Below are positions 1 through 10,730 of a stretch of DNA of 64,000 nucleotides, one piece after another. Position 1 is the first letter of the stretch; every line of letters begins with the position of its first letter. The notes beneath the pieces were generated by a model that saw nothing but the letters and a program-made list of their open reading frames with translations, made no database searches and was not told the DNA's origin. Made by a program: the position numbers and the translations under genes. The DNA is from Myxococcota bacterium (lineage in GTDB: Bacteria; Myxococcota_A; UBA796; GCA-2862545): the NCBI GenBank assembly GCA_039208735.1, contig JBCCQY010000029.1:1-64000 (forward strand), written 5' to 3'.

Positions 1-1
1 C

Positions 2-1057
2 GCCCTGCTCGAAGCGCTCGAGCAGTGCGACGCGTTTTTGGCGGTCATCGGCGCACGATGGCACGGGCCGTTGCCCGATGGCGCATCCCGCATCGACAGT
101 CCCGAGGATTGGGTGCGGCGCGAGGTAGAAGCAGCGCTTGCGATCCCACGGATGCGGGTGATTCCCGTGCTCGTGAACGGGGCTCCGATGCCGACGGCCG
201 AGGGTCTCCCAGGCTCCCTCGCCCGGCTGTCGGCTCGCCATGCTGCGAGGATCGAGCCCGATCCCGACTTCCATGTCGGCATGGATCGACTGCTGCGGAG
301 CCTCGGTGCCCCTTCGGTGCCCATTCCCGCGGCCGATGGCCCAGGTCGCACCATTGATGCCGGAGGGGTTCCCCTCGAGCTGGTGTGGGTGCCTCCGGGT
401 GACTTTCAGATGGGGGCCGAAGGCCCGACGGCGTCGGCGGTGGAAGGCCCGATGCGCCAGGTCGTGATCGGGCAGGGCTTTTGGTTGAGCCGGTACCCCA
501 TCACGGTCGCGCAATACCGTGCCTTCCTCGATGCCACGGGGAGCTTCGTGCCCTCTCCGATCGCAGATCGGGACCGCGACACGCGCCCCGTCACCGACAT
601 CACCTTCCAGGACGCGATGAACTACGCCACCTGGCTGCACACGCCCCAAGGCGAGATGGGGGCTTTGCCGACCGAAGCCGAGTGGGAATGGGCGGCTCGC
701 GGTTCGGACGGACGTCGATTCCCTTGGGGCAACGACACGCCGCACGGGGCTCGAGCGGTGTGGGCTGCGGTTTCCGAGGGGCAGCCCGCGGCCGTAGGCG
801 GACGCCCGGAGGGTCGAGGTCCGTTTGGGGCCGAAGATCAGGCCGGCAACGTTTGGGAATTCTGCCTCGATGCGTGGGGCGGTCGCCAACTCGAAGACGC
901 CCACGATCCAGTCCGCCGCGACGACGAGGCCGAGCGGCATGTCGTTCGCGGCGGAGCGTGGGGCGATGCGGCCAGCGATCTTCGCGCCACCCTCCGGCTG
1001 GGGAGCCGGGGGGGCGACGACGTCGGGTTCCGCATCACCCTGCGACCCAAGGCTTAG
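2..1057 (+). CDS. TIR-domain + formylglycine-generating-enzyme (FGE/SUMF1)-family domain protein, 5' truncated
   Basis: Frame is open from the window edge ([17 protein letters not shown]...). TIR_2-like motifs [11 protein letters not shown] and [15 protein letters not shown] motifs [33 protein letters not shown]. Confidence 0.85.
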   Translation, partial: ALLEALEQCDAFLAVIGARWHGPLPDGASRIDSPEDWVRREVEAALAIPRMRVIPVLVNGAPMPTAEGLPGSLARLSARHAARIEPDPDFHVGMDRLLRSLGAPSVPIPAADGPGRTIDAGGVPLELVWVPPGDFQMGAEGPTASAVEGPMRQVVIGQGFWLSRYPITVAQYRAFLDATGSFVPSPIADRDRDTRPVTDITFQDAMNYATWLHTPQGEMGALPTEAEWEWAARGSDGRRFPWGNDTPHGARAVWAAVSEGQPAAVGGRPEGRGPFGAEDQAGNVWEFCLDAWGGRQLEDAHDPVRRDDEAERHVVRGGAWGDAASDLRATLRLGSRGGDDVGFRITLRPKA

Positions 1058-2175
1058 CCCGTGATTCGGTCGATGAGGTTCTTCCAGAACCCCTGCTGCT
1101 GAACCCCGTGGCCTCGCATCTCGGCGAGCTTGCGGAGCAGCTCTTCCTCTTCATCCGACAGGTCCTTGGGGACCTCGACGACAAGCCGGACGTGTTGGTC
1201 TCCCTTGGCGCCGCGGCGGCGAATCAGATCGACGCCTTTGCCTCGCATGACCACCACATGGCCGCTTTCGGTGCCGCGCTTGACGTGCAGCTCCTCTTCG
1301 CCATTGCCGTGGACGACCGGAACCATGATGTCGCCTCCGAGCGCCATCACGGTGTAGGGCACGGGGACCGTCACGTAGACATCTGCGCCATCTCGCTTGA
1401 ACAGCGGGTGAGGCTCGACGTCGAGCGTGACGTACAAATCACCCGGAGGCGCCCCTGGATCGCCCGCTTCGCCTGCTTCGGGATGGCGAATCTGCAGGCC
1501 TCGGTAGGCACCCGGCGGCACGCGGATCTCCATCTCGCTGACCTCGCGAACTTTGCCAGATCCCCCGCAGTTGTCACACCGGTCCGAAGGCAAGATCTGC
1601 TGTCCCGTGCCGTGGCAGGTCGGGCACGTGGTGCGGATGCGCAGGAACCCTTGGGCCGAGATGACCTGACCCCGTCCGCCACACGTCGGACACACCGAGG
1701 GCTGGGCGCCGGGCTTGAGTCCGTCGCCCCCGCAGACGTCGCAATTCACCCGACGTGGAACGCTGATCGTCTTCGTCACGCCCTTGGCGGCTTCCATGAA
1801 GGTCAAGCGCAGCGGATATTCGAGGTCGGCGCCTCGACGAGGGCCGGTGCGACCGCCCATTCCGCCACCGAAGAAGTCACCAAAAGCACCCCCGAACAAG
1901 CTTTCGAGGATGTCTTGCATGTTCGTGAAGTTGACCTCGGGGCCCATGCCCCGACCCTTCAGGCCTTCATGCCCAAACTGATCGTAGATTCGACGTTTGT
2001 CGTCGTTTGACAACACGTCGTAGGCCTCCGATGCCTCCTTGAACTTGGCCTCGGCGCCTTCTTCTCGGTTGAGATCGGGGTGGTACTTGCGTGCGGCAGT
2101 TTTGAACGCCTTTTTGATCTCCGCCGCGGACGCGGAGCGTTCCACTCCCAACACTTCGTAGTAGTCGCGTGCCAC
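1054..2175 (-). CDS. dnaJ: Chaperone DnaJ
   Basis: J-domain (DYYEVLG, HPD), G/F-rich region, four CxxCxGxG zinc-finger repeats. GTG start at 2175 follows GGAGG. Confidence 0.97.
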   Translation of the reverse strand: MARDYYEVLGVERSASAAEIKKAFKTAARKYHPDLNREEGAEAKFKEASEAYDVLSNDDKRRIYDQFGHEGLKGRGMGPEVNFTNMQDILESLFGGAFGDFFGGGMGGRTGPRRGADLEYPLRLTFMEAAKGVTKTISVPRRVNCDVCGGDGLKPGAQPSVCPTCGGRGQVISAQGFLRIRTTCPTCHGTGQQILPSDRCDNCGGSGKVREVSEMEIRVPPGAYRGLQIRHPEAGEAGDPGAPPGDLYVTLDVEPHPLFKRDGADVYVTVPVPYTVMALGGDIMVPVVHGNGEEELHVKRGTESGHVVVMRGKGVDLIRRRGAKGDQHVRLVVEVPKDLSDEEEELLRKLAEMRGHGVQQQGFWKNLIDRITG

Positions 2176-2222
2176 GGTTCCTCCGAACGTCCCGGGCGGT
2201 AAAGCTCTCATCATGGGCGAAA

Positions 2223-2252
2223 GCCCGCCCCTCACGAAGGTGAAGGGCGGGC
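2223..2252 (-). terminator. Stem-loop between dnaK and dnaJ (possible partial terminator or mRNA-stabilising hairpin)
   Basis: Minus strand reads GCCCGCCCTTCAC-CTTC-GTGAGGGGCGGGC-TTT: 13-bp stem with one G-U pair and a short U tail. Confidence 0.6.
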
Positions 2253-2279
2253 GTTCCGCAGTGAATCAAGGGCAGAAGT

Positions 2280-4187
2280 TTAGGCGTCCTCGTACTCCGC
2301 GTCGATGACGTCGTCGCCACCGCCCTTGTTGTCGCCGCCGTCGTCGTTGCCACCCCCCTCAGGCGCACCGCCCGCGGGGTTGGCGCCACCCGACGCCTCG
2401 TACATCACCTGGGCCAACTTGTGCGAGGCCTGCGTCAGGCTCTCGAGCGAGGCCTTCACGGTGGCCAGGTCGTCGCTGTCCTTAGCCGTCTTCGCCTTTT
2501 CGAGTTCGGCGCTCAAGGCTTCCTTTTCACCTTCCGGCAACTTGTCGCCATGCTCACCAAGGGTCTTTTCGACCTCGTAGATGCGCGAGTCGAGCTGGTT
2601 GCGGGCTTCGATGAGTTCGCGGCGGGCCTTGTCTTCGGACTCGTGGCTCTTCGCCTCATCGACCATGCGGTCGATCTCGTCCTGCGACAGGCCACCCGAA
2701 GACTGGATGGTGATCTTCTGCTCACGCCCCGTCGCCTTATCCTTCGCGGACACCGACAGAATTCCGTTTGCATCGATGTCGAAGGTGACTTCGATCTGCG
2801 GCACACCGCGCGGCGCGGGCGGAATGTCGGTCAAGCGGAAGTTGCCGAGCATCTTGTTGTCGCGTGCCATCTCGCGCTCGCCCTGGAAGACGTAGACGTC
2901 CACCGCGGTCTGGCTGTCGGCCGCCGTTGAGAAGGTCTCGGTCTTGCTGTGCGGGATGGTTGTGTTGCGATTGATCATCTTGGTCATCACACCACCGAGC
3001 GTCTCGATGCCGAGCGACAGCGGAGTGACGTCGAGCAGCAGCATGCTCGTGACGTCGCCGTCGAGCACGCCGGCCTGCACCGCGGCACCGACCGCGACGA
3101 CCTCATCGGGGTTCACCGACCGGTTTGGTTCCTTGCCGAACAGCTCGCTGACGCGGCGCTGCACGAGCGGGATCCGGGTCGATCCACCCACGAGGATGAC
3201 CTCGTCGATGTCGCTGGCCGACAGGCCCGAGTCGGCCAAGGCCTTGCGGGCGGGCTCGAGCGTACGCTGCACGATCGGATCGATCATGCGCTCGAAGTCT
3301 GCGCGGGACAGGGTCTTCTGAAGGTGCTTCGGACCCGCGGCGTCAGCGGTGAGGAACGGTAGGTTGATGTCGGTGCTCTGGGCCGTTGACAGCTCGATTT
3401 TGGCCTTTTCGGCGGCATCCTTAAGGCGCTGGACCACGATGGTCTGCGTCGACAGGTCGATGCCGTTCTCCTTCTTGAACTCGTCGATGAGCCACGTGAT
3501 GATCACGTCGTCAACGTCGTCACCACCCAGGTGGGTGTCACCGTTCGTGGCCTTCACTTCGACGACATCGTCGCCCACCTCGAGAATCGAGATGTCGAAG
3601 GTACCGCCACCGAAGTCGTAGACCGCGATGACCTCGTCCTTCTTCTTGTTCAGGCCGTAGGCGAGTGCGGCTGCGGTGGGCTCGTTGATGATCCGCTTGA
3701 CTTCAAGGCCCGCGATCTTGCCCGCATCCTTCGTGGCTTGGCGCTGGCTGTCGTTGAAGTAGGCGGGGACGGTGATGACGGCCTGCGTGACGGGCTGGCC
3801 AAGGTACCGCTCGGCCTGCTGCTTCAGCTTCTGCAGCACCATCGCACTGATTTCAGGCGGCGAGTATTCCTTGCCGTCCACGCGAATGCGGCAATCGCCA
3901 TTGCTGGCGCGGATCACCTCGTATGGCAGCCGCTTGATTTCCTTTTCGGTCTCGTCGAACTTGCGGCCGATGAGCCGCTTCGCGGAGTAAATGGTGTTTT
4001 CCGCGTTGGTGATGGCCTGGCGCCGGGCGACGATGCCGACCATCCGTTCTCCGTCAGCGCCGAATCCGACGACGGATGGTGTGGTTCGGGCCCCTTCCTC
4101 GTTCACAATGACGGTAGGCGTGTCGCCTTCCATCACCGCCACGACCGAGTTGGTGGTGCCCAAGTCGATTCCAATGGTCTTGCCCAT
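2280..4187 (-). CDS. dnaK: Chaperone DnaK (Hsp70)
   Basis: [32 protein letters not shown] motifs; C-terminal DDVIDAEYE. Confidence 0.99.
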   Translation of the reverse strand: MGKTIGIDLGTTNSVVAVMEGDTPTVIVNEEGARTTPSVVGFGADGERMVGIVARRQAITNAENTIYSAKRLIGRKFDETEKEIKRLPYEVIRASNGDCRIRVDGKEYSPPEISAMVLQKLKQQAERYLGQPVTQAVITVPAYFNDSQRQATKDAGKIAGLEVKRIINEPTAAALAYGLNKKKDEVIAVYDFGGGTFDISILEVGDDVVEVKATNGDTHLGGDDVDDVIITWLIDEFKKENGIDLSTQTIVVQRLKDAAEKAKIELSTAQSTDINLPFLTADAAGPKHLQKTLSRADFERMIDPIVQRTLEPARKALADSGLSASDIDEVILVGGSTRIPLVQRRVSELFGKEPNRSVNPDEVVAVGAAVQAGVLDGDVTSMLLLDVTPLSLGIETLGGVMTKMINRNTTIPHSKTETFSTAADSQTAVDVYVFQGEREMARDNKMLGNFRLTDIPPAPRGVPQIEVTFDIDANGILSVSAKDKATGREQKITIQSSGGLSQDEIDRMVDEAKSHESEDKARRELIEARNQLDSRIYEVEKTLGEHGDKLPEGEKEALSAELEKAKTAKDSDDLATVKASLESLTQASHKLAQVMYEASGGANPAGGAPEGGGNDDGGDNKGGGDDVIDAEYEDA

Positions 4188-4402
4188 GTTGTCTACCCCC
4201 GAGCGCTCCGGCCGGACGCGCACGAATCTTTGTTGATGCTTGGATGCAGCCTTCCGGCCGTCCGCCGGAGCCTTGTCAGGAAGCTAAACGCGGCTTGTGC
4301 ACCGTCAAGGCATGCGGAGCGGCGCGGGCTTCCATTCAGTTGTGCTACATCCGGGGGGCGCGCAGCTTGCTGCGAACGACGCCTGCCGAATGGAAACCCC
4401 TC

Positions 4403-5416
4403 ATGGCGCCGCCGGACCCCACCGACCCCAACTCCCCAGACCCCCGCAACCCCGCGACGCTCAACCCCGACGATGTCGACGAATCTGGCTCGAGCGAGGC
4501 GCCTCCGCGAGGTGCCATCACGCTTCATCCAGATATCACCGAGCGATTTGAGGTTAGCCCGACCCGACGCACCGGGCGGCGGACCGGCTCCTTGCTGGTC
4601 ATTGACGGGTCACCGGCTGATGTTGGCGTCCACGCTACGGTAAACGAGGATGTCATCGTCGGTCGCGATAGTGACCAGGGCCTGCTGTTGCGAGACGGGC
4701 GCATCTCTCGCCACCACGCACGCATCTTTCGCGACGAAGGCCAATGGACGATCACGGATCTCGATTCGACCAACGGTACCGTCGTCAACGGGCAGGAGGT
4801 CGCCGGGCGTCATGCGCTGCACGACGGCGATAAGATCGTGCTCGGGAGCACCGTCATCAAGTTCTCGATCGTCGATGAGACCGAAGCGGCCTACCTCGAT
4901 CGCATTTCGAGGCTCGCAGGCACCGACCCGCTGACGGGGTTGCACGCCAAGCACCGCTTCGACGACATGCTTGCGGAAGCCATGCGCATCGCCCAGGTCA
5001 CGCAGACGCCGCTTGTCGTGATGATGATGGACATGGACGGGCTCAAACCCATCAACGACACCTACGGACACACCATGGGCGCCCACACCATTGCGACGGT
5101 GGGCAAGCTCATTGCAAAGGCGCTGGGTCCACGAGGCGAAGCCTGCCGCTTTGGGGGCGACGAGTTCTGTGCCTACGCGTCGGTCGAACTGGAGCGTGGT
5201 CTGCGGATGGCGGAAGCGGTTCGAAGTTCGGTGGAGGCCGAGCGCTACATGCTGGGTGAGGTCACGGTGCGGGCCACGATCAGCATCGGGATCGCGGCTC
5301 TTCTGCACACCGACGGACCCAAGACCCTCCCGGAGTCGCCAGGCCAGCTCGTCGAGGCGGCCGACGAAGCGTTGTACCGAGCGAAGAGCCAAGGTCGAAA
5401 CTGCATCGCTCGGTAG
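4403..5416 (+). CDS. FHA-domain diguanylate cyclase
   Basis: FHA motifs (VGR, ISRHHA, DLDSTNGT) followed by a GGDEF domain (DPLTGL, DMDGLKPINDTYGH, RFGGDEF, ADEALYRAK). Confidence 0.93.
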   Translation: MAPPDPTDPNSPDPRNPATLNPDDVDESGSSEAPPRGAITLHPDITERFEVSPTRRTGRRTGSLLVIDGSPADVGVHATVNEDVIVGRDSDQGLLLRDGRISRHHARIFRDEGQWTITDLDSTNGTVVNGQEVAGRHALHDGDKIVLGSTVIKFSIVDETEAAYLDRISRLAGTDPLTGLHAKHRFDDMLAEAMRIAQVTQTPLVVMMMDMDGLKPINDTYGHTMGAHTIATVGKLIAKALGPRGEACRFGGDEFCAYASVELERGLRMAEAVRSSVEAERYMLGEVTVRATISIGIAALLHTDGPKTLPESPGQLVEAADEALYRAKSQGRNCIAR

Positions 5417-5509
5417 ATGCCCGGGGGCCCTTTCTCGACCGTGACCCTCGCGTTGCCGCTGGGGACGAAACCCATAGAGGGTCAGCGGCCAAGCCGTTGG
5501 GGGTTTGAG

Positions 5510-7468
5510 ATGTGGGGAGTGTGGGTCCTTTGGGCAACCTGGTTGGGGTCATGGGCACTCGCCGGGCCCTTTGACAAGTTGCCCGAAAAGCCCGAGGTGC
5601 CCGATGAGGTTCCCGAGGACATCAAAAAAGAGATCGAAGGCGACGCGGACGAGAAGGCCTCGGAAGTCGAAGAGGCCCGCAAGCGCTACGAGGAGCGCCA
5701 GAAGCTTCGCGATGCCCGCGTCGTAGTCGTGCAGTGGCCGGGCACCCGAGCGGACTACTCGAACCTCGATTTGCAGCGGAACGTACGCAATCGCATTGCG
5801 CGCCCATCGGCCAAGTTCTACCCCGAAATCGACATGTTCCAGCCCGGACGCACCAAGTCCGACCCGACCCTGCGCCCTTCGGAGCACCTGCCTGCGGTTC
5901 CCGATTCGATGATCGACGAGGTCAACCGGTTGGTCGATGACGTGGCAGGAACGCCCTACGATGCGCTGTCTGAAACGGCCTGGGGCCTCAAGGCGGCCGA
6001 GATGGTGCGCCTCGCGACGGACGAAGTGTGGTTTGTCGATCGGCCCGAGTTGCTCGAGCCGTTGTTTCGGTTGTACGCCTACACAGGCTACGCTGGAGAG
6101 AACAACAACACAAACTCGCCGCCGTACTACCAGATCGTGAGCGGCCGTCTCGTCAACTACTACTACTACTTGGCCGCTACCCTCGCGTATCGCACGCCGA
6201 GCCTGCTCTCGTCGCTGGCCGGAGACCGCTACCTCTCGGAGTCCATTTCGAACTACCGGGACGCCATTGAATCAGGCCAGTTCGAACGCCTCAAGCTGTC
6301 GTTCGAAGACACGGATGCATCGTTCGATCCCAAGTTCGCGAGCGACTACAAGGTGCTCCTCAACGGCATCGAAGCACCCTTTCCCGATGATTCGGGGGTC
6401 ATCGAAGTGCCCCTTGGGGTCGTCGACATCAACCTCGCACGGAAGGACCAGGGGTTCGGCCTTTCTCAGCGCTTCCGAGACCCGCAGTTCGACGAAGATT
6501 TCTTCTTCGTGCGCACGAACGCGCGCAAGCGCATGGGCACCGACCTCAAGAATCAGCTCATGGTCAACCCGAACGAGTGCATCCCGGCCCTCGATGGCGA
6601 CATCCTGAACTACCTCGCGGTCTACGCGAAGCTCCATGAGCCCCAAGAACTCTTCATCGTGGTCCCAGAGAGCGGTTCCACCGCGCCATCACGGCTCTAC
6701 ATTTGGCGCTGGGACCGGCAGAACTCCGTCCTCAAGCTGGTTCAAGACAACACGGGGGGCTTTCCGGTGATCTTCGCGGGGCTTGCCACGGTCGGGGCCT
6801 CGTTTGCGACGTTTTCGTTCCCCGACGCTTCCGAGCAGGACTTGGGCACGCTGCTGCAAAGCGGGCAGCCCCCCAACTTCGAGCCTACGCTGAACCCTGA
6901 AGCCTTGCCGTTCGATTTCCAGGTTCGAGGCCACTACAACCGCTTCATGTTTGGGCTGGGGGCGCAGCTGAAAATCGGCCTGTCAGGTCCGTTCTTCGAC
7001 AAGTTCCCCAGCCAAGGTGGCGTCACCTTCAAAACGGAGTGCCCGGCCGACAGTCCGACCGAAATCAACGGTCAGGGCGAGGCCATCTGCCAGGGAGGCG
7101 CCCAGCCCGAGCAGGTGCCTGCCGTCAATGAGCAAATGTTCCAGCGCAACATCTACCTGCTCGCGGGGGTCATGCTAGGGCCGGACGCTGCGCTTGGCAC
7201 GGGGCCGCGCGGTTATTTGCGGGTCGGTCGACTGAATGTCCCCAACGCGCTCGACACGACGCTTCACTTTGGCATCACGCCCCAGCTGACCAAGCCCTCC
7301 GAGAAAACCGGGACCAAGGGCAGCCGCTTCAAGGCCATTGCAGACGTGGATGCATTCTTCGGCATCTGGACTCCGGTGTTCGACTCCATCTACGTGACCG
7401 GGACGTCGCGCTTTGGGTCGCCTCGATTCACCTTTGGCCTTTCGGGCGGGGCTGGCTTTACGTTCTGA
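5510..7468 (+). CDS. Secreted/outer-membrane hypothetical protein
   Basis: Long ORF with a signal-peptide-like N-terminus. The C-terminal part has amphipathic beta-strand-like segments and ends in Phe (GGAGFTF). Confidence 0.7.
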   Translation: MWGVWVLWATWLGSWALAGPFDKLPEKPEVPDEVPEDIKKEIEGDADEKASEVEEARKRYEERQKLRDARVVVVQWPGTRADYSNLDLQRNVRNRIARPSAKFYPEIDMFQPGRTKSDPTLRPSEHLPAVPDSMIDEVNRLVDDVAGTPYDALSETAWGLKAAEMVRLATDEVWFVDRPELLEPLFRLYAYTGYAGENNNTNSPPYYQIVSGRLVNYYYYLAATLAYRTPSLLSSLAGDRYLSESISNYRDAIESGQFERLKLSFEDTDASFDPKFASDYKVLLNGIEAPFPDDSGVIEVPLGVVDINLARKDQGFGLSQRFRDPQFDEDFFFVRTNARKRMGTDLKNQLMVNPNECIPALDGDILNYLAVYAKLHEPQELFIVVPESGSTAPSRLYIWRWDRQNSVLKLVQDNTGGFPVIFAGLATVGASFATFSFPDASEQDLGTLLQSGQPPNFEPTLNPEALPFDFQVRGHYNRFMFGLGAQLKIGLSGPFFDKFPSQGGVTFKTECPADSPTEINGQGEAICQGGAQPEQVPAVNEQMFQRNIYLLAGVMLGPDAALGTGPRGYLRVGRLNVPNALDTTLHFGITPQLTKPSEKTGTKGSRFKAIADVDAFFGIWTPVFDSIYVTGTSRFGSPRFTFGLSGGAGFTF

Positions 7469-7540
7469 GTCGACCGATCCGCCTCACTGGGAGGTCAAGG
7501 CCTCTCCGCCGATGACCGATGAGGGTGGCGGAGGGCTCCC

Positions 7541-8389
7541 ATGCACGGTGAGGGTGCCGGTGTCGTCGCTGATGCGGCGGATGATGAGATTTCCCTTCGG
7601 CATTCCCAGAAGATGGAGGCCGTTGGACAGTTGGCTTCGGGCATTGCGCACGAGATCAACACGCCGATCCAGTTCGTTGGCGACAGTGTGTTCTTCCTGC
7701 AGAGTGCGTTCGACGACCTCATCGCGGTCGTGAAGGCCGCGCGAGTCGAACTTGGTCGGAATCCGACGGTCGACCAGCTGTGTGACGACATTGATCTGGA
7801 ATATCTGCTCGAGGAAGTCCCAAGAGCGTTCGAACGAACACGGGGAGGATGCGACCGGGTCTCCACGATCGTGCAGGCGATGCGCCACTTCGCGTCACCC
7901 GATTCCGAGACGCCCCAGCCCGCCGATCTCGCGACCGCCCTTGAGACCACGCTGGTGGTTGCCGCCAACACCATCAAGCGGTCCGCCGACGTCGAGACCC
8001 AATTGCCGGCGATGCCTCCGGTTGTCTGCCATGTTGGCGACCTCAACCAGGTCTTCTTGAACCTGCTCGTCAATGCGGCGCACGCCATCGACGACGCGGA
8101 CCGTGGAAGGGGTCGCATCACCGTGACGGGACGTGTGGACGAGCCGTGGGTGGAGATTCGAATCACCGACACGGGATGTGGCATTCCCGAAGCGGTCGCG
8201 TCGCGCATCTTCGAGCCCTTCTTTACGACGAAGGAGGTCGGCCGAGGCACCGGTCAGGGCCTCGCGCTGTGCCATGCGGTCGTCGTCGAACGACACCGAG
8301 GCACGCTCACCTTTGAAACTGGCGACCAAGGCACGACCTTCGTGGTTCGACTGCCCATTCGGGGCCCTGGTGCCCCCAAGGGGCGTTGA
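7541..8389 (+). CDS. Cytoplasmic histidine kinase (HisKA + HATPase only)
   Basis: H-box AHEINTP, N-box NLLVNAAHA, DTGCGI, FEPFFTTK, GTGQGL. RBS GGAGG; in-frame stop at 7520, so there is no sensor domain. Confidence 0.92.
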   Translation: MHGEGAGVVADAADDEISLRHSQKMEAVGQLASGIAHEINTPIQFVGDSVFFLQSAFDDLIAVVKAARVELGRNPTVDQLCDDIDLEYLLEEVPRAFERTRGGCDRVSTIVQAMRHFASPDSETPQPADLATALETTLVVAANTIKRSADVETQLPAMPPVVCHVGDLNQVFLNLLVNAAHAIDDADRGRGRITVTGRVDEPWVEIRITDTGCGIPEAVASRIFEPFFTTKEVGRGTGQGLALCHAVVVERHRGTLTFETGDQGTTFVVRLPIRGPGAPKGR

Positions 8390-9528
8390 CGGTGCGGATC
8401 CTCTTCGTCAACAACGATCCTACGCTCCTCGCGGGGCTTCGCGCGGTGCTCCGCAAGTACCGACAGCAATGGCAGATGTCGTTTGTGACGGGACCGGAGG
8501 CATTTCGGGCCCTGCAGGAAGAGACGATCGACGTCGTTGTTGCAGAGTTGGACGTGGAAGGGCCGCTTGGGGGGTCGCTGCTTGAACTCGTGGCCGAAGA
8601 GCATCCATCGACCGTTCGCGTGGTGTTGTCCGCGTCGGCCGATCTTCAGCAGGTCATGCGGGTGGTGCCTCACGCCCACCAGTACGTGTCGATGCCCGTC
8701 GAACCCTCCGATCTCGTCCAGCGCATCGAGCGGTCGGAGGCGCTGCGGCGATTGCTCGATCGGGAACGGGTGAAGGCCCTGGGTGGGCTCAACCGGCTGC
8801 CTACTCACCATCGCATCCTTGATGAGCTGCGGAGGGTCTTGCGGGATCCCGAGGTCCACATCGATCAGGTCGGCGAGGTCATCGAACAAGATCCGGCGAT
8901 GTCCGCAAAGATCCTACAGCTCGTCAACTCGGCGTTCTTCTCGCGCAATCGGCGCATCATGAGCATCCGGGAAGCGGTCTCCTACTTAGGCCTCAATCTC
9001 ATCGAAGGCCTCGTGCTGCAGATTGGTCTGGTGTCGAGCTTCGAACACCTCAATGGCATTTCACTGCAGCGGTTTCAGATCCATGGGCTGCAAGTCGCCA
9101 CGGTGGCGCGGCGCATTGCCCCGCCCGACCTCGCTGAACTTGCGTTTACCACAGGCCTTGTCCACGACGTCGGCAAGCTCGTGTTGTCGCTCGCCTACGG
9201 GTCCCGTTTCGTCGGCATCGCGGCCGCAGCCGAAAAGGGCCAAGGCCGGGCCTGGCAGCTTGAACGGGACGAACTCGGGGTGGGCCATCCCGAGGCGGGG
9301 GCTTATGTCCTCGGCGTATGGGGGCTTCCCACGCCGATCGTGGAAGGGGTGGCTTGGCATCACCAGCCCAACGAGGTGGAACGCTCCGGCATGGATGTGG
9401 TGGCCGCCGTGCACCTAGCCGATGCCATTGCCGCGGGACAGCCCGCAGACGACGACCTGGTCAACCAGTTGGATCTCCAAGAGCAGCTCGAGAAGTGGCG
9501 TCGCCGCTTCGATCTGGAGGCGGTGTGA
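8386..9528 (+). CDS. Degenerate receiver + HDOD-domain protein
   Basis: REC-like N-terminus. HDOD motifs DPAMSAKILQLVNSAFF, GLVHDVGKL, HPEAGAY..W.LP. Confidence 0.9.
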   Translation: MTVRILFVNNDPTLLAGLRAVLRKYRQQWQMSFVTGPEAFRALQEETIDVVVAELDVEGPLGGSLLELVAEEHPSTVRVVLSASADLQQVMRVVPHAHQYVSMPVEPSDLVQRIERSEALRRLLDRERVKALGGLNRLPTHHRILDELRRVLRDPEVHIDQVGEVIEQDPAMSAKILQLVNSAFFSRNRRIMSIREAVSYLGLNLIEGLVLQIGLVSSFEHLNGISLQRFQIHGLQVATVARRIAPPDLAELAFTTGLVHDVGKLVLSLAYGSRFVGIAAAAEKGQGRAWQLERDELGVGHPEAGAYVLGVWGLPTPIVEGVAWHHQPNEVERSGMDVVAAVHLADAIAAGQPADDDLVNQLDLQEQLEKWRRRFDLEAV

Positions 9529-10730
9529 CGCAAACGACGAACTACAAGCCTCGCGTGCTCTGTGTTGACGATGAACCCAATGTGCTCGAGGGGCTCATCG
9601 CCAACCTTAGGCGCCGCTATCGCGTGCAGACGGCCACGAGTGGCGCGCTGGGCCTTCAGGCCATCGAGGACGCGGAAGAACCGTTTGAGGCGGTGGTCAG
9701 TGACATGCAGATGCCAGGCATGGATGGGGCTGCGTTCCTGTCTGAGGTCCGCCGGTGCAGCCCCGACACCACCCGAATCCTGCTCACCGGTCACGCCGAA
9801 CTCTCGGCCGCGGTGGCGGCGGTCAACGACGGCGGCGTGTTTCGCTTTCTGACCAAGCCCTGCCCGCCTGCCCAGCTCATTGCGGCGGTCGGGGATGCGT
9901 GTCGACAGTTCCAGCTGCGCAAGGCGGAGCGTGAACTACTCGAAGAGACGCTGAAAGGCACGGTCTCGGTCTTGTCGGAGGTCATGTCGCTCGCGGCGCC
10001 ACTCGCGTTTGGTCGTGCGAACCGAATTCGCCGGACCGTACGGTGGACGGTTGAAATGCTCGGCCTCGAAGATGCGTGGCAGTACGAGCTGGCGGCGATG
10101 CTGTCCCAGATCGGGCTTGTGGGGGTCGACGAGTCCCTGATCATGAAGGCGACCGGCCATGAGGAGGTGCCCACCTCGGAAAAGCAGGCCTTCCAGGAGC
10201 ATGCGGAAGTCGCGCGTCGAATGCTGCAGCGGATTCCTCGGCTTGAGTCGATCGCCGCGATGGTCGGCGGGCAATGCCGAGACACCACGTTGCAGCATGC
10301 GGTCAAGGCGGTGGAGCAAGGCGACGCGGAGAAACTGGGTGCGCACATCCTGCGGGCGGCCCTCGACCTCGATGCGCGGATGGGCCAGGGCGAAGAACCT
10401 TCGTCGCTTCTGCTTCGCATGCGAGGGGAGCGCGACGTCTACAATCCCACGGTCGTGGAAGCGATGCGGCAGGCCTATGAGATCCACGGCCATCCCGACG
10501 ATCGCGTGCGCATCGACGAGCTGAAGGAGGGCATGATCCTCTTGGAACCGGTTTGTACGCTGGGCGGCTCGGTCGTGGTACCGAAGGGCTACGAGATCAC
10601 CAAGACCGTAAAGGCGAGTCTCGTCCGCTTTGCGGCGGGTCGCGGTTTGCGCGAGCCTGTGATGGTGCAGCTTCCTGAAGAAGATGCGCGACTGCAGGTT
10701 CCGAAGGTCAACGAGGTCGTGGTCTCGTAG
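9525..10730 (+). CDS. Response regulator with degenerate HD-GYP-like output domain
   Basis: Canonical REC (VLCVDDE, SDMQMPGMDG, LTG, FLTKP). HD-like domain reads AAMLSQIG where HD is expected. GTG start overlaps the upstream stop. Confidence 0.85.
   Translation: MTQTTNYKPRVLCVDDEPNVLEGLIANLRRRYRVQTATSGALGLQAIEDAEEPFEAVVSDMQMPGMDGAAFLSEVRRCSPDTTRILLTGHAELSAAVAAVNDGGVFRFLTKPCPPAQLIAAVGDACRQFQLRKAERELLEETLKGTVSVLSEVMSLAAPLAFGRANRIRRTVRWTVEMLGLEDAWQYELAAMLSQIGLVGVDESLIMKATGHEEVPTSEKQAFQEHAEVARRMLQRIPRLESIAAMVGGQCRDTTLQHAVKAVEQGDAEKLGAHILRAALDLDARMGQGEEPSSLLLRMRGERDVYNPTVVEAMRQAYEIHGHPDDRVRIDELKEGMILLEPVCTLGGSVVVPKGYEITKTVKASLVRFAAGRGLREPVMVQLPEEDARLQVPKVNEVVVS

Noticed and set aside
900..1057. 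FGE C-terminus as a diversity-generating-retroelement variable region
   Set aside because: No template repeat or reverse transcriptase seen in the window.
4188..4402. CIRCE (HrcA) element upstream of dnaK
   Set aside because: No TTAGCACTC-N9-GAGTGCTAA-like repeat seen.
481..4643. Long alternative ORFs (481..2010 +, 3531..4643 +)
   Set aside because: Shadow ORFs overlapping or antisense to dnaJ and dnaK, expected in high-GC DNA; no motifs.
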